Position numbers and translations under genes: made by a program. The notes under the pieces were generated by a model. It worked only from the letters and a program-made list of their open reading frames with translations. It made no database searches and was not told the DNA's origin. This document shows, in pieces, positions 59,429 to 64,000 of a stretch of 64,000 nucleotides of DNA. The stretch is from a virus. The DNA is taken from the IMG/VR virus record IMGVR_UViG_637000207_000006; one strand, 5' to 3'. How positions within the stretch are numbered: the first letter of the stretch is position 1; every line of letters starts with the position of its first letter.

Positions 59429-60187
59429 CTAATCAATATTTTCTGACCAATAAGAATCCTGTGGTTCGTAGGTTATACCCTCATAGCTTGTATGCGTATT
59501 TTGAGTAAATTTAGGTTTGATGTTTTGAGACTTTTCAGGAAACAACCCTTGCCACCCATTCGCAATTGACGTGCAAATCACTGAATCAGGATTCGTGCAA
59601 TCTGCTAGTTTTTTCTCTTGCTGCTTACACATGGTTTCTGTCAGCGGCTTTTTAATTTCTAGCCGAAAAGTGACCCAATCAGCCCATACTTCATCGCTAA
59701 CGTTTTTAGGCTTTGCCGTGATGGGATCGAATTTTAATTTCTCCCGTTTCCCCTTACGGGGGGTAAGGGGGGTTTTAGGTTCCGTGACTGGTTCAAAAGG
59801 GTGACTGGTTCTGGGTGCATCTCCTGCACCACTAACCCCCGCAGAATTTGCACCACTGGGTGCAAGAGATGCACCATATGGTGCAACATTTTCACTATAG
59901 CCATGACTGGATTTATCCAGATTCAGGAAATAGACATTTGATTGATTCAGTCCATTTTGTGTCTTCCGTTCTGCAACACAGACAATGCCATCTTTTACCA
60001 ATTGCTTAATGTGATTTTGAACAGAACGTTCTGATATTTCGCATTGTTCAGCAATGTAAGCAACTGACGGCCAGCACTCTCCCTGGTCATTAGCGTTATC
60101 AGCCAACTTAATCAGTACCAATTTACGAAGAGGATTACCAACTTTGATACTCATAGCTTTTACCATCAATGACATACTCATAATCAA
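59429..60187 (-). CDS. Replication initiator (O-like, N-terminal HTH)
   Basis: KLVLIKLADNANDQGECWPS; C-terminal SIANGWQGLF; iterons inside the gene. Confidence 0.9.
   Translation of the reverse strand: MIMSMSLMVKAMSIKVGNPLRKLVLIKLADNANDQGECWPSVAYIAEQCEISERSVQNHIKQLVKDGIVCVAERKTQNGLNQSNVYFLNLDKSSHGYSENVAPYGASLAPSGANSAGVSGAGDAPRTSHPFEPVTEPKTPLTPRKGKREKLKFDPITAKPKNVSDEVWADWVTFRLEIKKPLTETMCKQQEKKLADCTNPDSVICTSIANGWQGLFPEKSQNIKPKFTQNTHTSYEGITYEPQDSYWSENID
59814..59896. repeat. Origin iterons, four copies of GGTGCA-N5-TGCACC
   Basis: Copies start at 59814, 59838, 59859, 59880 (spacing 24, 21, 21); adjacent GTGACTGGTT direct repeats at 59784 and 59801. Confidence 0.8.
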
Positions 60188-60408
60188 GCTCCAAGTATTT
60201 TAGCAATCTGACGGCAAACTGACTTACACCGTTCAAAGGTAAGAGACTCCTCCAGCAATTTGGCCTTTTGCCGTTCATACTGTTCCCAGATATTTAACTC
60301 AGCTTCTCTACATCCTTCATAAATTTCTGAGATTTGTTCTATAGTTACAAGCTCACCATTCAGACGAAACTTATTACAATAGGTGATCTTTTCTATGGTT
60401 TTAAGCAT
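60184..60408 (-). CDS. Hypothetical phage protein
   Basis: 74 aa, coupled between the YdaT-like and initiator genes. Confidence 0.6.
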   Translation of the reverse strand: MLKTIEKITYCNKFRLNGELVTIEQISEIYEGCREAELNIWEQYERQKAKLLEESLTFERCKSVCRQIAKILGA

Positions 60409-60422
60409 TGGTCTTGCCTCTT

Positions 60423-60872
60423 TTAAACGTTTGTCAAAGCATTCAGTGCTGATATCGCAACGGTTATTTGTTGTGATACGTCACTACCTCCTAAACCTCC
60501 CAATAGGATTGCAATTATCACCGCCGTAAATTCACGAATCGCAACAGATATCAAATAATTAGTTGTTTCACCGTTAATTCTGGCTTTGCGTTCAAGTGGA
60601 AGGGCTGATTGGATAGCGGGTAACAACTCTGATACTTTTCTTCGTGCAGCCCTTGAATCACTGCGCAACCACCTGAAAATTTGCTGCCTGTTGTTATTGA
60701 TAGCTTTCCAATTAGCATTCCCATTTATTTCAATGGGATGCAACTTGGCTGATACCGTTCTTTCACAAAGCAAGAAGTACATTCGGCTTATTTCGATTGC
60801 TACATACTCCTGCCCCTTCTCTGCCGCCCACGCCTCAACTTCGGCTTTCAGGGCGTTGATGTTTTGTTCCAC
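60423..60872 (-). CDS. CII-like / YdaT-family regulator
   Basis: AWAAEKGQEYVAIEI...NNRQQIFRWLRSDS. Confidence 0.78.
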   Translation of the reverse strand: MEQNINALKAEVEAWAAEKGQEYVAIEISRMYFLLCERTVSAKLHPIEINGNANWKAINNNRQQIFRWLRSDSRAARRKVSELLPAIQSALPLERKARINGETTNYLISVAIREFTAVIIAILLGGLGGSDVSQQITVAISALNALTNV

Positions 60873-60929
60873 TGTTTACGTCTCCTGTCGCAATATTGAT
60901 TATTGAGAATCAGTTTTTATACTGACTGC

Positions 60930-61157
60930 TCAGTTAGCATTTATTTCAGGCCATATTTTCTGCCAGTCATGGGGACGAAGATCTTGTCTTGTCACTTTTC
61001 CATTGGTTGCATTTTCTATATCAAAACATCTGGCGGGAGGAACTGGAGCATAACCATGTGCCATTTGCGATAAATAGGAACTGGATACCCCAAGCTTCTC
61101 AGCAAGAAGTTTGGCTTCACCTCGCTTTAAATTAGAAATGTAATCATTTAGTTTCAT
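60930..61157 (-). CDS. Cro-like / YdaS-family HTH
   Basis: LAEKLGVSSSYLSQMAHG...VTRQDLRPHDWQKIWPE; start ATG 61157. Confidence 0.87.
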   Translation of the reverse strand: MKLNDYISNLKRGEAKLLAEKLGVSSSYLSQMAHGYAPVPPARCFDIENATNGKVTRQDLRPHDWQKIWPEINAN

Positions 61158-61184
61158 AACTACCCCTTTTAGAAATACAGAAAG

Positions 61185-61237
61185 TTTAATAAATACTAAA
61201 CATTTGTCAAGCATTTGCTTATTTAGTGAATACTAAT
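61185..61237. promoter_or_regulatory. oR-like operators and pR
   Basis: Dyads TTTAAT-AAAT-ACTAAA (61185) and TTTAGT-GAAT-ACTAAT (61222) flank a minus-strand TTGACA at 61210-61205. Confidence 0.65.
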
Positions 61238-61297
61238 CACAATTTAACTGGTAGAAAAATAGTGAAATCCCTAGATATATAGGTTCTTATAAATAAA

Positions 61298-61669
61298 ATG
61301 AGCATGAAGAACATCAGGCAACAACGCCTAAGAGATTGGTTTTCCGATAAAACTCTTCCTGAAAAAGAGAAGAGTTATTTGTCACAGCTTATGAATGGTA
61401 AAGCATCTTTCGGCGAAAAAGCCGCGAGACGTTTAGAACAAGACTATCGAATGCCAGATGGTTATTTAGACGCCGATACAAACACCCACCAATTAGGAAA
61501 TCCACTACAAGTAACATTGACTCCTAAGCAAAAAGTTCTTCTAGAGCTATTCGACGAACTGCCAGATAGTGATGCCGATGATCTAATAAAAAATCTTGAA
61601 GATAAAAAACGGCATTATGATAATTTACTAGAAGAATTATTACATAAAAAGAGGCAAAAGAAAGCATAG
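61298..61669 (+). CDS. Prophage repressor (CI/RacR-like, no peptidase domain)
   Basis: SYLSQLMNGKASFGEKAARRLEQDYRMPDGYLD; divergent from the cro-like gene. Confidence 0.82.
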   Translation: MSMKNIRQQRLRDWFSDKTLPEKEKSYLSQLMNGKASFGEKAARRLEQDYRMPDGYLDADTNTHQLGNPLQVTLTPKQKVLLELFDELPDSDADDLIKNLEDKKRHYDNLLEELLHKKRQKKA

Positions 61670-61977
61670 AAAAAAGTCGCCATCCGACTTTTTTCTTATT
61701 TATCAACAAGATTTTTATCTTACCCTGAACCCTACGGAATAAACCGTTAACCTCAATCACCCAATCCAAAAATTAATTAACCTTCAGCCAACACCCAAAA
61801 ACTATCATGCTATATGCATAGCGAATCTCTAAAACTATCTTGGCCATCCTATTTCACAGTGCTATCACCAAGGGAAAATTCATTCAGTTCACACCTTGAA
61901 ATAAATATAAAAATTAAAATAAATCAAATGGTTAAACTTAACACTTTGATAAGCCCCTCTTATTATTTAATTTTTAC

Positions 61978-62006
61978 TTTACTTTTCGTTTATCAATTAC
62001 TAAACT
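61978..62006 (+). promoter_or_regulatory. pL-like promoter with overlapping operator
   Basis: TTTACT 61978 - 17 nt - TAAACT 62001; dyad TTTATC-AATT-ACTAAA at 61989-62004. Confidence 0.55.
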
Positions 62007-62023
62007 CAATTTCAACAGCAAAC

Positions 62024-62072
62024 AGGCAGGACGCCCACGCAGTAGTCGCTACCGACATACGAAGAGGTAGAT
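62024..62072 (+). ncRNA. Candidate put-like antiterminator RNA at the start of the pL transcript
   Basis: Two adjacent hairpins separated by one G (GAC/GTC, weak; then CTACC/GGTAG); no N-like gene seen. Confidence 0.35.
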
Positions 62073-62547
62073 GATTTGCTAATCAGTAGCACGGCACAGC
62101 AGCCGTTTAGGTTAAGTGTTCAAAACCGAATTTACAGTTTCAATTGTCATGAGGGAGGAGAAGAGCAGGGTTCAATGTGACCTGCCATGATTACCACATA
62201 TAACAACTGTATTTACCAGAAAGTGGAACAGGAAAGATCAACCAACACCAGGATTCCCCAGCCAGCGGTGGGAATGGTACAAAAACACTGGCAGTTGATG
62301 CGTTACGGTTCTTCTTGCCGGGTTTCTTAGAAACTGCGTGAATCAACGGACGGCGGGGAAAGACCCGCACATTAACCAATCGAACAACAGTTCTTATGTG
62401 TAATGATATGCAGAATATCAAATTAGGCCAATTCATCGGTCTGTTTGAAACATTTATTAAAACCATAACCTCTGAATGGTATTTATCGTTGATCAATCCG
62501 TACCAACTAATACCAATATGGGGAAAAACTAAGAATCAACAGATGTA

Positions 62548-62577
62548 AAAAAACCCACCGAAGTGGCGGGTTCTTTT
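62548..62577 (+). terminator. Intrinsic terminator (possibly bidirectional)
   Basis: A-tract, AACCCAC-CGAA-GTGGCGGGTT hairpin, CTTTT. Confidence 0.6.
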
Positions 62578-62664
62578 ACCCCGGATCGCCGACCAAAGCT
62601 AACCGGGAGTTTCTACTAACGAGGACCAACTCGTTAGAAGAGGCAAGACCAATGATTTCCATCA

Positions 62665-63039
62665 TTGATCGCTAACAATATATCAGGAGTTGCTATGAAA
62701 GCACAACAAGAAACAATACAAGTAAAGCTCTATGTTCACGCTATCGAAAATAATATTTCACGAAAAATGAACATCACAGTCTTACCACATGACGCAAGTA
62801 AACACGGAAATGCATCGATCTTTGGTACAGTTGTCGCTATTCATGATATAGAAATCCCATATCCAAATATTAGTCGTCCAGACTTTATAAACTCACAAAT
62901 TGATACTCTAAAGAAAGAACAAAATAAAGTTCTTGCGGAAGCTCATGCTAAAGCCTCTGAACTTGAGGGCCATATTCAATCATTGTTATGCATTGAAGAA
63001 AAACCAATGTCTAAATCTGATGAAAAAATACCTGATTAA
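62665..63039 (+). CDS. Hypothetical early-left phage protein
   Basis: Likely start ATG 62695 with AGGAG SD (MKAQQETIQVKLYVH); C-terminal coiled coil. Confidence 0.65.
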   Translation: MIANNISGVAMKAQQETIQVKLYVHAIENNISRKMNITVLPHDASKHGNASIFGTVVAIHDIEIPYPNISRPDFINSQIDTLKKEQNKVLAEAHAKASELEGHIQSLLCIEEKPMSKSDEKIPD

Positions 63040-63054
63040 GGCTCAGGTGTATTT

Positions 63055-63156
63055 ATGAAAAACATAAATGATGTAATTAATTTAATCCTAGATAATGGTT
63101 TAATTGCTATTGAGCATGAAAATAATAGAGATACAACAAACGCAACTATACATATA
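63055..63156 (+). pseudogene. 5' fragment of an early gene interrupted by IS630
   Basis: MKNINDVINLILDNGLIAIEHENNRDTTNATIHI runs into the IS end at a TA site. Confidence 0.5.
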
Positions 63157-64000
63157 TACCCGTAATCATTGAAGATGCTTGATTTTATCCGAAATGGAGA
63201 TCATTATCCTCGCTATGAAAATATTCATTACCGATGAACAAAAAGCCGAACTTGAACATCTCCATCACACCTGCCGTGATAAGAGGGAGTGTGATCGCAT
63301 CAAAGCGGTCCTGCTGGCCTCTGAAGGCTGGAGTTCAGTGATGATCGCTCAGGCCCTGCGTCTTCATGAAATGACCGTTAACCGTCATATCAGCGATTAC
63401 CTTAATCAAGGTAAACTTAAATCTGATAATGGGGGGTCTGATAGTTTGCTTTCTCAAGAACAAACTGATTTTTTAATCAATCACTTATCTCAACATCTTT
63501 TCCATCACACCCATGAAATCGTGGCCTATGTTGCTCAGCTCTGGAATATTACCTTTAGCATTCCCGGCATGAATAAATGGCTACACCGTCAGGGTTTTTC
63601 TTATAAAAAACCTTGTGGCGTCCCTCATAAATTCGACGCAGAAAAACAGCGACAATTTATTGAATATTATGAGAATCTTAAAGTCACAGCGAAAGACGAA
63701 CCCATCCTTTTTCTTGATGCTGTTCACCCGACTCAAGGCACCAAACTCGGTTATGGCTGGATGCGAAAAGGCGAGAAAAAAACAGTCAAAACAACAGGAA
63801 GCCGGACTCGCCTGAATATATTGGGCGCGCTCAACCTGAATGCCATTGGTCGTACGGTGTTCCAGGAATATCAAACCATCAATGACTACAACATTTGCTG
63901 TTTTTTCAATGAAATAAGAAAGTCTTATCCTGACTATCATCAAAAAATTCATCTTATTGTGGATGGGGCGGGTTACAACAAAGCTCATCTTGTTAAGGAG
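63157..64000 (+). mobile_element. IS630-family element, partial; transposase CDS 63215 to beyond the window
   Basis: Hand translation MKIFITDEQKAELEHLH...FLDAVHP...IHLIVDGAGYNKA is open for 262 codons; TA target at 63155-56. Confidence 0.9.

Larger units (their letters stand above)
1..64000. mobile_element. Lambdoid temperate prophage with contractile tail (outer element, extends beyond both window edges), apparently defective
   Basis: Canonical order repressor/cro-like - O-like - loader - helicase - nin - Q - methylase - holin/endolysin/Rz - terminase - portal - capsid - sheath - tape measure, on the minus strand apart from the repressor side. It is split by the inner prophage at 19206-52693. 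Confidence 0.93.

Noticed and set aside
62191-62496. 101-aa minus-strand ORF and short plus-strand ORFs in the pL leader
   Set aside because: The minus ORF opposes pL transcription. The plus-strand frames (62187 onward, 62396-62548) are short or frameshifted and I cannot assign them.
63581-63988. 135-aa minus-strand ORF in the track
   Set aside because: It is the antisense shadow of the IS630 transposase
1-64000. CRISPR array, tRNA or rRNA genes
   Set aside because: No regularly spaced repeat-spacer run and no cloverleaf-like segment recognised, including in the Q-to-lysis interval where lambdoid phages often carry tRNAs

Overview
The whole window is prophage DNA, probably from an enterobacterium of the Xenorhabdus/Photorhabdus (Morganellaceae) type. 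That host call is inferred from gene families and IS types, not verified. Two prophages are nested. (1) The outer element is a lambdoid temperate phage with a contractile tail. It has an immunity/replication region at ~57.4-63 kb (repressor, YdaS/YdaT-like, O-like initiator with iterons, DnaC-like loader, DnaB), a nin/Q region at 53-57 kb, a lysis cassette at 16.8-18 kb, and a DUF1073 portal / DUF2213 / DUF2184 capsid / DUF3383 sheath morphogenesis module at 1-13.4 kb. It carries cargo: Kiwa kwaAB, a RosmerTA-like pair and yjaA. It also shows decay: a nonsense codon in Q, frameshifted Ref-like and toxin genes, and IS5 and IS630 insertions. (2) A 33,488-bp B3/BcepMu-type transposable prophage (19206-52693, TG...CA ends, 6-bp target duplication ATATTG) sits in the middle of the outer phage's DNA methyltransferase gene, whose two halves rejoin in frame. 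The most novel-looking signal is a complete -1 ribosomal frameshift cassette (internal SD, G GGA AAA, 6-nt spacer, long hairpin) joining the small and large terminase genes of the outer phage, whose terL has no good start of its own. Other notable signals are a peptide motif shared by the C-terminus of the Mu-like repressor and the N-terminus of the downstream membrane protein, and a hairpin-dense non-coding end module with tandem XRE genes and a Ner-like gene. No rRNA, tRNA or CRISPR array was seen.
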